Assembly: GCA_051362555.1 (NCBI GenBank)
Contig: CM120645.1
Span: 12,524,001-12,588,000, forward strand
DNA: 64,000 nucleotides
DNA from: Lingula anatina
Taxonomy: Eukaryota; Animalia; Brachiopoda
Direction: 5' to 3'
Position numbers and translations under genes: made by a program
Notes under the pieces: generated by a model
The model's input: only the letters and a program-made list of their open reading frames with translations
Told to the model about the DNA's origin: nothing
Databases searched by the model: none
In this document: piece after piece, positions 1 to 12,200 of the stretch
Layout: each line of letters begins with the position of its first letter
Numbering within the stretch: the first letter of the stretch is position 1

Positions 1-338
1 AGGCACAGTTACAAATGTATATCCTAGCCTTGGTCAATCCACAATGAAAGTGATTATTTTTAAATAAAACTTAAAAGTCATGACAGTGCACAACCCACAC
101 ATCTTGTGTAATATTTGCATAATTTTGGCTCGAGTCATAATATTTTGCTTTTTTGTATGATGACTCTCTCCAACATGGAAAGAAATTGGCAGTCATTCAA
201 AAGTGATAAAACACAGTTCTATAAATATTACACAAAATGCTTGTTTCACTGACCTGACTCAAATGACCACTTTCTTGTGGAATGACCCACCTTTTAATTG
301 TAAACAATGACTACCAAAAATGAATGTCTTTTCACATT

Positions 339-545
339 TCTGTGATGTGTATACTGTCTAGTACATTTTGATAAAGACATTCACAAATACTATTTAAAAT
401 TGGAGATAAAGTTGTAAACACTGACCACTTAAAAAAATAACATCTTCCCATGATTCTCTGATGTGTATATTGTCTAGCCCATTCCTGATAAAGACATTTA
501 CATATAGCATTTAAATAATTGGAGATATGGTTGCTTTTACAAAAA
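339..545. repeat. Local ~115-bp direct duplication downstream of the SSUH2 stop
   Basis: tgatgtgtata(c/t)tgtctag...gataaagacatt...aattggagata occurs at ~343-408 and ~459-526. Confidence 0.7.
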
Positions 546-714
546 AAAAAAATGAACTGAATGAGAAACCCCATCCTAATACTTCCCCTTCTCCAGTTGT
601 AAGTATGGATTCAGTTTTGACAATTGCAAGGACTCTGGATTTGAAACAAATTTACCCCATTTCATCATTGACCCCCTTCTCCCAACACATGCAATCAAAA
701 CGCCAAGAAACATT

Positions 715-900
715 GTCCTTATGTGATGGTGCACCCACACCAAGAAAACTTGTCTCCCAGATAATGGGCCACCCACATAAAAAACCCAGTCTCTTTTGTG
801 GTGGTGCACCCACATCAAGAAACCCAGTCTTCTATATGATGGTGCACCCATGTCAAAAAAAAAAAAAAGGAACAGTTTTCTATAGGATGGTGCACCCGCA
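715..900 (-). repeat. Degenerate ~38-bp tandem repeat (about 5 units) derived from the SSUH2 stop-codon region
   Basis: gatggtgcaccca-like core recurs near 725, 764, 800, 838 and 887; the last copy is the real GCTIL* coding end. Confidence 0.75.
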
Positions 901-2077
901 GCAGCAGGACTGTGGATAGTTGGACGTCCACACCTTGTTCTCAAAGCCATATACAAAGAAGTTGTAGTCTTTTCCCTTCCAGGTGTACAGGCTTTCTGTC
1001 ACTGGGATGATACGCACTTGGTGACGCTGGAATCAAGTACATAAGAATAAATGCTCTCAGGAAGTAATGGATTCCAACAATGCAATAGATGGCTTCAAAA
1101 ACACATTCATGAAAAGATTTCACAGCCGAATCTAAAATCCTGCTTTGTTTTCAACTTAATATAGTTCAGCAGCTTGGTACATAAGTAACATACAATTGAG
1201 AACCTGTATACACATAAACCAAAATACAATTCTGCTGAGATGGCTTTGTCAGCTAGAGCTTAAGGGAAACACAAGGGGATTTTTTTTGCTTTTATTTCTT
1301 TTTTCTTTTCTTTTATTATTTTTATTTTTTGTTCTATTTATTTATTTTTTTGCATAATGATCAAGAAAAGCACAATCGCCATAAATAAGAGCTGTGCTCA
1401 CACCAAAGACAATTCACTTTGAGTTACTCCCTACCTGCAACAAAATCCTCTCCATCTGGAACTGTGTGTTGTGTCTCTCTACCAGTTGTTGGGATGCCTG
1501 GTTGATGGTTGCATCTGGGAAGTGGTTGATGGGCCAGACACGAGGAAGTTCCTCCTCGAAGGCCACCTGCCCAGTCACTGACCGGATCAGTTCATCGGGC
1601 AGGGATGTACGCTCTACGATGTGGTCATTCATGTTGTTGGTCCTGAAAAGGGCATGTCACTTTAATTTTTCTGAATTTTTAAAAAAATTATTGTTTGAAT
1701 ATAATCAAATACAAATAGAAAAGTTTTTATAAGTGGTGAAAAATGTAATACATAACTTGTTTAATATCTCAAAATAAACTACACACAAAATTTAGCAGAT
1801 ATTCCATGAACTCGAAACCCATCTGTGGCTGAAATAATTTTTTAGCATTTTGTAGTCAGGAGGAAGTAAATTAGATCTTTAATAATGAATTCTTTTAATC
1901 ATCAGCTGTGTTAATTGTTAAAGTAAATAAAAGTTGATTCTGGTGCTGTATTCATCCTGTTTCCACACACATGCCTACTTACCATGTGATGGTCAAGCGT
2001 ATGAAGCACTTTAAGTTCCCCTTGGCATCACAGGTACGGCAGGGGACTTGACCATGGCCATGACACACGTGACATCT

Positions 2078-2108
<31 letters not shown>

Positions 2109-3243
2109 TTTAAATGTCATTATACATGAAATGTTTACCCTGTGATAGGTACACAGGTGATTTGAGGCATATCACCCACCTGATGCACACACAAACATGT
2201 CCCACTCATAATACGAGTCATATGCAACCACGTGCATGCACACACACACTCACTTTAAGCATAATGCAAGGACAACTACAGGTTACACATTTTCAGTATA
2301 CTAAATTGTCTAACAAAAGCTACAACTGTATGAGAGATTCTCTGATCACAGGCACTGAAAATGTTCATGTTTTCTTAATATGAGCCCTTTGCACAAAATG
2401 TTCTCTTTCAAGTAGTGCCAAAAAACTCAAGGAAGAAAAACCAATGCTACAGACGCTTAGGTCTATCCATGACATAAAATTTTGGCATTAGGCCTACCTG
2501 GCATTCCACACATAACATAAAACTTTGATATTACCTGGCATTCCCAGAGCCATGACAGACATGACAAGTGTGGTGATGGTGGTGTCCATCCTCGTAACGC
2601 TCCACGGTCCCATGTCCGTGACAGTGGTGGCAGTGACTCTGGGGGAAAAATGTGAAGCTTGCATGAAAACTACTGCTCAATAAACATTTATAAAGTACTT
2701 TTTTAATGAAATGTATAATAGCATTATCTAGTACAATAATAAAATGTTTTACTTGTGATACTTTGCTACATAAAAATTTTAGAAGAAAATTGTGAATAAA
2801 AATTATCATTTTCTTATTATAAGGTAATTTATGAGAATCTTGAGAAAGAATCACAATCTTTTTTCATTAGCTTGAGCAACTAGTAAATAAAAGTTCAACC
2901 ATAATGTCATAAATAATCCATTTCGATAGAATGTAGAGTTTGCAGCATGCTAATACAGACAAGTTTTTCTTTACTTACATGTCCACAGCCATGGCAATGG
3001 TGGCATCTCACACGACCGTTCCCAATACAGTCATGGCATGGCTGAAATGTTAATTAATGTCATTATGTCCTTATGTCTAAGTTGGTCTTCCACAACAACT
3101 TTTTCAAATGTTTTAGATGTTAAGCCACAGTCTTTGCCTTTGAAATCAATGCTGATTAACAGTTGTGCTTCTGATATTCTAGTACATATGTACTATATGT
3201 ATGTACATACAAGTATATATATTTTACCCGTAATACAGTAAAT

Positions 3244-3297
<54 letters not shown>

Positions 3298-6200
3298 CCT
3301 TGACAGAGGCAGTGTGTGGGACCTCCACATGAGAGTGTTGGGTCTTGAACTTTGTGGGTGGTTGCACCTGTATGTCCCAGGGGCCTGGGGCAGGGCCGTT
3401 ATGTGGGCCGTCAATTGGCTGTCCTGTTATAATGAAAAATTAGGCAATTACTATGAATGATAGCAATTACAATTAGCAAAAATGAATTTAACTGAATTTT
3501 AAATAATCTTCTAGTGCATAGGTTTTTTATAATGTCTCTTAATTGTACATTGACGATGACTATAGAAGTACATTTGTCAAAATTGCTAAATACGACATCC
3601 TGCACAAATGTACAAAGTGAGATAAAAAATGGAAATATCCCTTTTAAAATTTTGAATTTTCATACACCTTCAGTTGTTACTGTTAAACTGAATATACAAA
3701 CCTATGTAAGGCTCATATGCCCAAGATGTCTGTCGTTTCTCGGTGAAGGTCTCCAATGTGTACTGGAAAATTCAAACATGATAATTAGAGTAAAAAGTAA
3801 ATCAGTCATTCTTTGCTAGTGGTGCACTGCAGGGGGGCCATAACAAGAATGTTATTTAAATTTAGATAGCCAACCAAATTCTCATGACATCGTTGTGTAT
3901 GTTTCAATAACAAATCAAAGAAGCTGCATGAGCAAGGAGGATGTTGTTATAAAAGCAAAAAAATAGAAAAAGCAGAAAATATATCGAAATAACCCTCAAA
4001 ATGGCGTCCTTTTTTGTGGAATTTTGACCCTACCTCTATTTAAGAACAGTTTGTTTAGGGTTTGAATGGATTATTGAAGCAGGAAATACATCTACTGCAA
4101 GAAGATATAATAAACAGAATGTGCAAATTGTTATTTAAATAACAATTTATTTGAAGTCACTGAAAAATGATCACAAAATTAGCTTAACTTACGATACATG
4201 CGGTGTCCCACCCCGATGAAAATTTCATCTAATCCTATCTTTCCGTATTAAAACTGTTCAATCGTCCAAAGTAGTATGTCGGTTAGTTTGTGTCACGAAG
4301 TCCATGATAATATCAGTTTTCTTAAGAATTTCACATTTATTGCTCAGCAAGGTCGATTTTTCTTCACCGCGTCCCAATATAACGTTCGCAACGCTGAAAC
4401 TTGAGAGATCGATTTTTATCAGACGACTTTAAAATGCCGCGTGAAAATTATACATCGATAGCGATCTTCTTCCATACTCACTAACTGATGACGTCTTACA
4501 CACGAATGGCTTCTTTTGCACACTAAAAAAAACAGCTCAAACTGGCGGGTGGCCCATTCTGATAACATATCACGCAATGACGCTGTCGAGATAGGATGCA
4601 GGGCACAGGTGTAATTCCCTCGATTTAACCGTCACAGGATTGTTTATTGGGATCTTCTTTGTATGAAGGTGAGAAATAATGAGTTTCGTTTCATTTTTCT
4701 TCAATTGTTTCAACATATTTGTGTACCGATTGATTTTTACCATTCTATAAGTAGGGTGACTTCGTCTGAACTTTCGTTTTGCATCTGTTTCACATGGGGG
4801 ACTAAAGGTCATATTGAACATGGTGACGCGGTGATACCGTATTCATGTTCTCTTGTTCTCGAAAACTCAATCATCGAAATTGAATTACTTTTTTTAGTTT
4901 TGTCTTAAATTAAGCTGCTACACTGTATTCCGTGCGTTTAAAATTTAACCGTCTGTAAAAACAGCAATAATGGATTACTAGCAACACTTACGTTACGCAA
5001 TGAAGCACCGAAAATGGGTGAAGAAAATGTGTCTCAGTAATGCGTGTTTGCCACTCATAATGCACTGTACTTTGTTTGAATAAGCAATAAACTATTTGTG
5101 ATCTTAGGTTATCCATTTAAAGTATTCACTGTGTCTACTTACTGAATTGGTGAGTGATCGCTGTCTATTGTTATGCTCTTTGATAGAATTGTAGATGGAT
5201 CGTCAATCTAGACACGTCCGGTACGGAGTGCAGAATATTAGACAATGATCTGTGACAGTTGTGATGTCACAATAGTGACGATCTCCTGCAGGGGGCGTGC
5301 TGTCCCCACCTGGCCTAGCTCACTCACCTGAGGTGGCCTATCTTGGCACATGAAGAGCAGACCAGGTGGAGGAAGGAAAAAACTCCGATCACAACATTCC
5401 CCCCACTTTTATTAAAAAGAGCCGAAAAAAGGTAAAGTTTTTTCCCAGTAATAGCAATACATGTTTAAACATGTAAAAATATTTTTCAATAACAATGGCT
5501 TCCAGCCTCGATCAGACTGACGTTAATGCTAACGACATCACCTAAGTGATAGTCTGACGAGAAAAAATATAGGATTAAACTGTGACAACTGTTGATTCAG
5601 CAGTTAGTCACATCACTGATACAGTGATAGTCTATCCACAAAAATAAATACTGGAAAGCCGAAAAATGAAATCAAAAATTTGGGGACATTCCTAGGATTT
5701 GGCGGAAGATCAGAATACTAAATAAATAATAAAATGGAAATAAATAAACACTTGTGCTGGTGCACTGTACCTAGTACAGAGTAATAAACTGTGCTGCGGT
5801 GCTGTATTGCGTCCTGCAATATAGTGCTTCTGAAATACACATATTTGTGTACATAACTTGACAAGTGATATATATATATATAAGTGCTACAGGTGCCATT
5901 GTGCTCTTGTGCATCTTTGTATCTGTAAATGATATATAAATAAATAATGAATGATAATCAAATAAAGAAATGAATAAGGTGAAAATGGGCCCACTGATGG
6001 TAACTTTCATAGCTCCGATGATCTCCCGGATCAGGAAGAGGAGAGGGGCTTCAGTGAAATTTGAATTTAGTAAGTACTAAGAAGAAATAGTTTTCATAAT
6101 TTTCTAGAAATTTTTTAATTGTCCAAAAAAGAAGTAATTTTGTCATATTTTCAATTTTTGTTTTCCAAATTCCTGGTTACTCCCTTTTATACAAGGAAGT

Positions 6201-9200
6201 ACCATTTTGTGTAGTAATTTTTAAAATATGAGAGACATCCACCCCTCTGTGCCCCGCCAATATCTCTGCCGTTTCATAGAGAATAAAGGGTGTTGAATGG
6301 CCCCCCTTTTTGCGAGCGAAATAGGGGGCATCTGACTCCAAAAGAAGTTTGGAGTCAGGCACCGCCCTAAGTGCTGCTAGTTGATTTTTGTTAAAGGTGG
6401 CAGCAACCCGGGTGAAACCGAAAAAGGTATTTGGTTGCTGCCTTCCCCAAATTTCCAGAAGGGGCTTTGTGCCTGTAAAGCAGTGAAAATGGATCCTCTG
6501 GGACTGCGGAACGCCACACAGTTTCAGATGAAACAAAAGAGATCTTATGGCGAACTCACAGTCTCCAGAGTCTCCCCTCACTCCCCTACAGTGCACAACC
6601 AGGACATGCCTGGCCTCTAGAAAAGGCAGAAGTCTGTGGAGCAACTCAACCTGATCCTGCCATTTAGACATGGCTTCAGTGTGGTCGAAACCTACCTCGC
6701 CAAAAGCTGTTACTAGCGGCATCTTAACCAACTCTGAGAAAGCCTTAATTGCCTGGTCCAGATTGCCCTGAGAAAGCTTGCCGGCTAGCCTCGGGTGAAA
6801 ACCAATAGCTACATACTCGATCCCAGACAGAGTGGAAAGATACCCCTTAGTAGGATATGTCTTGGGATCGCAGTAAATAGCTACAGTTCCCACCAACTCT
6901 ACCTCTTTCCCAGAGCAAACAGGAAGCAAACCCTTAAGACCCTCTAACTTGCCAGAGTATGGAAGACCAAAGGCAGCCAGGGTTCTATCTAGATGATAGT
7001 GACTATCGAAAGCTTGCCTCCCTGACTTACTTTGTTCCCCCGCCTCCAGACAAGTTTCTGGCCTGGTGAACCCTTGAATCCACAACGACCTCTGCTGCTC
7101 CGTTATAGAAGCAGACAGCTGTGTCAGGACTCTCCAATCCACCAGGACCCCGACAGAGTTAGCTGGGTATAAGGTGAAACGCACTGGGACCGGTTTATTG
7201 AGAAATTTACAGAAATTTTCCATGGCAGTAATTTGGATTGAAGAAAAAGTGCCATGGGCTAAATTTAATTTATCTGGAAGAGCCGAAATGAACTGGTATA
7301 AAGTGTCTAGTTCTTTTTTAAAACCAAAAATGAAGAAAGTAAGCATCTCCAGTGCTTTAACCATTACACCCAAGATGTTGGGCTCAGGATTGGCGCGCTC
7401 ATCAAAGATAGACGGGACATGCAGCCCCAGCGAATGCTGCCTGAGCATCTGCTCATTAAGTTTCACCCCACACCCAGGGACCACACATTGCATCTCAGAG
7501 TGATCTTTCCTGGCCCTTTTGGGGTCAGGTCCAACCACTCCGGATGGTGTCTGGCTAGACCTTTTCGGTTCCCTGGTTGTAGGATGAGACAGCTCCACTG
7601 ACTCAACATGCCCATCCACCCCAGACTTTGCAGCAACCAACCCCTTGCCAGGTTTCTTGCCACGCCTCCACCAAGGAGCTCTCTTCTTCCCCTTACGCTT
7701 ACTGCCCCCCATGGGCTCAGATGGTACAGGCCCAGGAACAGGAACTTGGATCCCTGTTGGAGCAGCAGCTTCAGGGAGGTGTGAACCTGAAGAAGAGGAG
7801 ATAGAAAAGTTGAAAGGGATGGCGGTATTTTGCAGCAGTGATGCGCCTGGCATAGGAGTTTCCGGAGCAGCTGGAGGTTTCACGCTGGATTTGGCCTCCC
7901 TTGGGACTCCAAGAAGTCTGTCCTCCTCAATGGAGTCCAGACTGGAGTTGGGGTCGATGTTACTTGACCCCACACCAAGTTCAGCCTCATCCAATTGCGA
8001 TTCCACCTCCATAGGCTGGACCGTGCCACTCCCATCGACCACCTGGGTTATGAGTGTAATGTTTGGGTCCTTCCCAAGCCTGAAATCACGAGTTTTTTGT
8101 CCATCGTACTCCACGGAGGGAGCAGATTTCAAAACTCGTGCAGGAGGGGTGAAATTTTTTGGGAAGGCGCCAAACATTCTTCTCAATCCAGTTTTTAGAC
8201 GCAAGCCCACTAGATTGTAGTTGGTAGGCCACTTGCTGCAACCATGCCAGAGACATGGCATACCTACCGGGAGCACGAAGCTCCTTTTTATAAATGGTAG
8301 CCATCCCAGCCACCAGTGTTTTGAAGTAGCTGCTGTGATCTTCCCCAGGCAGAGCCTGGGCCAAATCCTGGACAAACTGGGTTCCAGGGACATCTATAGG
8401 TGAACAATGCTGTAATCTGAGTGAAGTCTCCTTCACAACAGGTGCTACTTCCGTGATAGTATTGGCCATATCTGTAATAACAATGAAAAATAATTATTAG
8501 ATTTGACATTTTACACACTTGTATTTATCAATGTTTATCGCTTCGGTAGAAGTGACATTGACGCAGGATCCATGATACCATTCATGACAGTAATCACATT
8601 GAATCATGAATCTGCCCTGATAAGGCTCCCTGCAAATACAGTATGGTGTCAAATCTTCTTCCTCACTGTTACTCGAGTGCTGAAATTGTTCATCAGAAGT
8701 TAAATATTCTGTAATCCATGAGGGTACATTTCTGTCCCTACAGGGCATGAGCCTGTCATGGTTAATTACAAAGATTGCATTTTTTAGCTTCACTCGATAC
8801 AGATAGCCAGATAATTTCTTTACAATGATGGCGGGTCCTTTCCATGGTGAACACAATTTTCGTGATTTGCCTTTAGTTGTTGCTGTATCCAAAACATAAA
8901 CCAAATCCTTTTCAGCATAAGGTCCAAGCAGGATTTTAAGGTCATAGTCACGTTTCATGCGTTTTGAAGTTGTTTTTAAATTGGCTCTTGCTGTAATATG
9001 AGCTAATTTCATTTTTTGTACTAACTTTGAAATGTATTCACCATAGTCAGTTTCTTTTGATTTCAGATTTGGGAACATAATTTGGGCTGGAGTACTGACC
9101 TCCCTCCCAAGCATGAGCATATTAGGGGTATACCCCGTACTTCTGTTTACAGAAGCACGCAACGCGCCTGCAATTTGCTGGACATATTTATCCCATTCAC

Positions 9201-12200
9201 CCTGATTTTTACCCAAAAAACACCGTACGGCATCCATCAGGGTACGATTGAACCTTTCAACCTGTCCATTTGCAGACGGTCGGTACGGAGTAGTGCGTGA
9301 TTTGTGTATATGTAAAGCCCTACACAAATCCCCGAACAATTGACTTTCAAAATTCCGTCCCTGATCAGAAAAAAGTTGATAGGGATAACCGAACCTAGAA
9401 AAGAAACAGTCAATTGCTGCTTTCGCGGTCACTTCGGCCGTTTGAGAAGGCAACGGTACGCACTCTACCCACTTTGTGAATTGATCAACCATGACCAAAC
9501 AATGCTCATTACCTTTTGCTGTTTTAGGTAGCGGTCCCAAGAAATCAATATGAACCCGTTCCATCGGAGCACCTGCAACATATTCAGTCAGGGGGACTCT
9601 TCCGTAACACCCTTTTTTCTTATTTTTATTACAGATGTCACAACTCATGACATAATTGGCTATTTCTTTGCTCATATGGGGCCAGTAAAATTTTTCTTTG
9701 ATTTTTGTTTTTGTTCTAGCCACTCCTTGGTGACCAGCTGAAGGGATATCATGATGTAACTTGAAAACAGAATTTTTTAATGATTCTGGGATGACTAATT
9801 TTAGATCTTTGCTTTCCTCTTCAGTTTTGAAAATGACTCCATGATGTAATTTGAATAATTCTTTATTCAGCCAGTAAGTTTTGGAGATTGGGCTTGATCG
9901 GAAGAGTACACCCTGTTCTGGGGTATTCCCATTGTATAACCACTCTCGTAAAATGTTAAGCTCAGGGTCTTTTGCTTGTTCAGTTTTTAATTTTTCCATA
10001 GAAAAACCCCAACACTGAGGAATATCCGGGTTTGGATTTGACCTCGCCTCCGGACCACACGCATTTATTTCTACATGAGATTCCTCAGGTTGCAGAGCGA
10101 CATCGGTAGAGAGGGCTACAATTTTTTCTAGAAGACTATAGAAAAGATGTTCCGGACCCGTTTCTCGTCCCAGATTGACTGTATTTAATGAGGATGTCAG
10201 ATCGCGTTGACTTTTTGTAGATTTACCAGTAAATTTGGATGACAATTTTTTCTTTTCTGTTAAATTGACCGCTTCATCGACGTCACCGAAAAAACTCCCC
10301 CAGTTTTCATGGGCTCTGACGCAATAACTACATCCTCCGCAAGGTAAATTTTCCGGCTTTATTCCCGCAATATACTCGTTACACGGTGCCAAATTGTCGG
10401 GTATTCGAGACAACGAATCAGCATTGCTATGCTTAGCTCCGGCACGATGTTGTACGATCATATTGAATTGCGAAAGCTCTTCTATCCACCTCGCGAGTTG
10501 ACCTTGAGGCTCCTTAAACCTCAGTAACCATGTCAGACTTGAATGATCGGTGCGAACGGTAAATATTCGGCCCAAAAGATAATACCTGAATTGTCTGGTA
10601 AATCTCACGATAGCCAAAAGCTCTTTTCGCGTGGTGCAATAATTCTTTTGTTCGGGAGTTAACGCGTAGCTGCCGTACGCAATTACTTTCTCCTCGCCGT
10701 TTTGCACTTGTATTAACTCTGCACCAATCGAGTGATTTGAAGCGTCGGTATCTAAAATAAACGGATCGTTTGCGTTTGGTAACGATAAGACTGGTGGTGT
10801 AGTCAATGCCGTTTTGAGCGCTTCGAAAGATTGAGCTTGATCTGGTCCCCATTCAAAGGCATGTTTACCTTTAATTTTGTTCAGAGGGTGGGATATTTCC
10901 GCAAAATTTTTTATAAAAGTTCGGTGATAATTTGCCAATCCTAAGAACCTTTCAACGTCCTTAGAACAAGTGGGTTGTGGCCAAGAAGTTACAACTTCAA
11001 TATCCTTAGGGCTCATTTTCATGGTGTTATTAGAAACAATCCGCCCCAGGAATTCAACTTCTTTTTGAAACAAAACGCACTTTTTTGGCTTTAATTTGAT
11101 ACCGAACTGGCGAAATCTTCCCAAAGCCTCTTTCAAATTTTCTAAATGATTTTCAAAGGACTTCCCCATTACCAAAATGTCGTCCAAAAATGCCAAAACT
11201 GTTTTCCATGTCAACCCCTTCATAAGTAAATTGACTACTCGGGAGAAAGTCGCAGGAGCATTGGTCAAGCCGAAACCCATACGGACATGTTCGAATAATC
11301 CGTATTTCGTGATAAAAGCTGTTTTATGCCTATCTTCGGGTTTAATTTTGACTTGCCAATACGCAGAATTGGCATCTAACTTCGAAAACCAGATGTTTCC
11401 CGACAGAGTATCTTTGCAATCTTCCATTAATGGTAATGGATACGTGTCTTTGACCGTGACATTGTTCAAGGCGCGATAATCGATGCACCATCGGACGGAA
11501 CCGTCACGTTTTCTAATTAAAACTGGTGCTGATGCCCACTCTGACGTAGACTCTTGGATGACCCCGGCTTTTAACATTTTTGTTAATAATGCCTCCTCTT
11601 CTTGAATAAAACACGCGGGAGTTCGCCGCATACGCGTTTTAAGAGGTTTGGCATTCCCGGTATCGATACCATGCTCGATGGCACTAAACCGACCAAGGTC
11701 ATACTCGTCTCTAGCAAAAACATCCTGAAATTCAGATAGAACATTCTTTAATTTTTTACTCTGAATTTTGTTTAAATTCCTCGTTGATGTTTCATAAACC
11801 ACATTAACATGGTCAGGAATTTCTGATGATTTGCTAGCGACGCGTCCAGAAGAATCTTGTCCGGCGTGAACGTCACCAGCGATTTGTTTAAAATTCCGCA
11901 CCTGAGGTGACCCCTTTACAGGTGACTTGAAAATTTCGGTGTTAATTTTTTCTTCAACGAACCCCTTTCCGGCAGATGGGGCACTTAAAGGGCCCTGAGT
12001 ACTTCCACCCACCTTCAGAAGTTGTTTACTTTTTATGTCATTTTTAAATCGGGCACTTGTTTTAGGGATGTTCTCAAAATTAGGGGAATTAACACCAGAA
12101 ACCCCAGTAGAATTTAATCCCACAAGCTTTGTCTTATTTGGGTACACACCTGTTCTAGGGATTTTACTAGTTCTAGGAGTGTAAATTGAATGCTCCACTG

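Noticed and set aside
527-956. 130-aa and 126-aa ORFs near the window start
   Set aside because: They overlap the SSUH2 last exon and 3' UTR repeat in the wrong frame or strand.
5508-5560. Hammerhead ribozyme
   Set aside because: A three-stem junction is present, but the CUGANGA and GAAA core is missing on both strands.
6177-7030. TatD ORF as bacterial contamination or an ordinary host TATDN gene
   Set aside because: It lies between matching LTRs with a TSD, is fused to eukaryote-style low-complexity and NLS-like sequence, and is intronless inside a host intron.
7174-8220. Plus-strand ORFs of 109 and 191 aa inside ORF3
   Set aside because: Antisense shadows of a coding region with no recognisable motifs.
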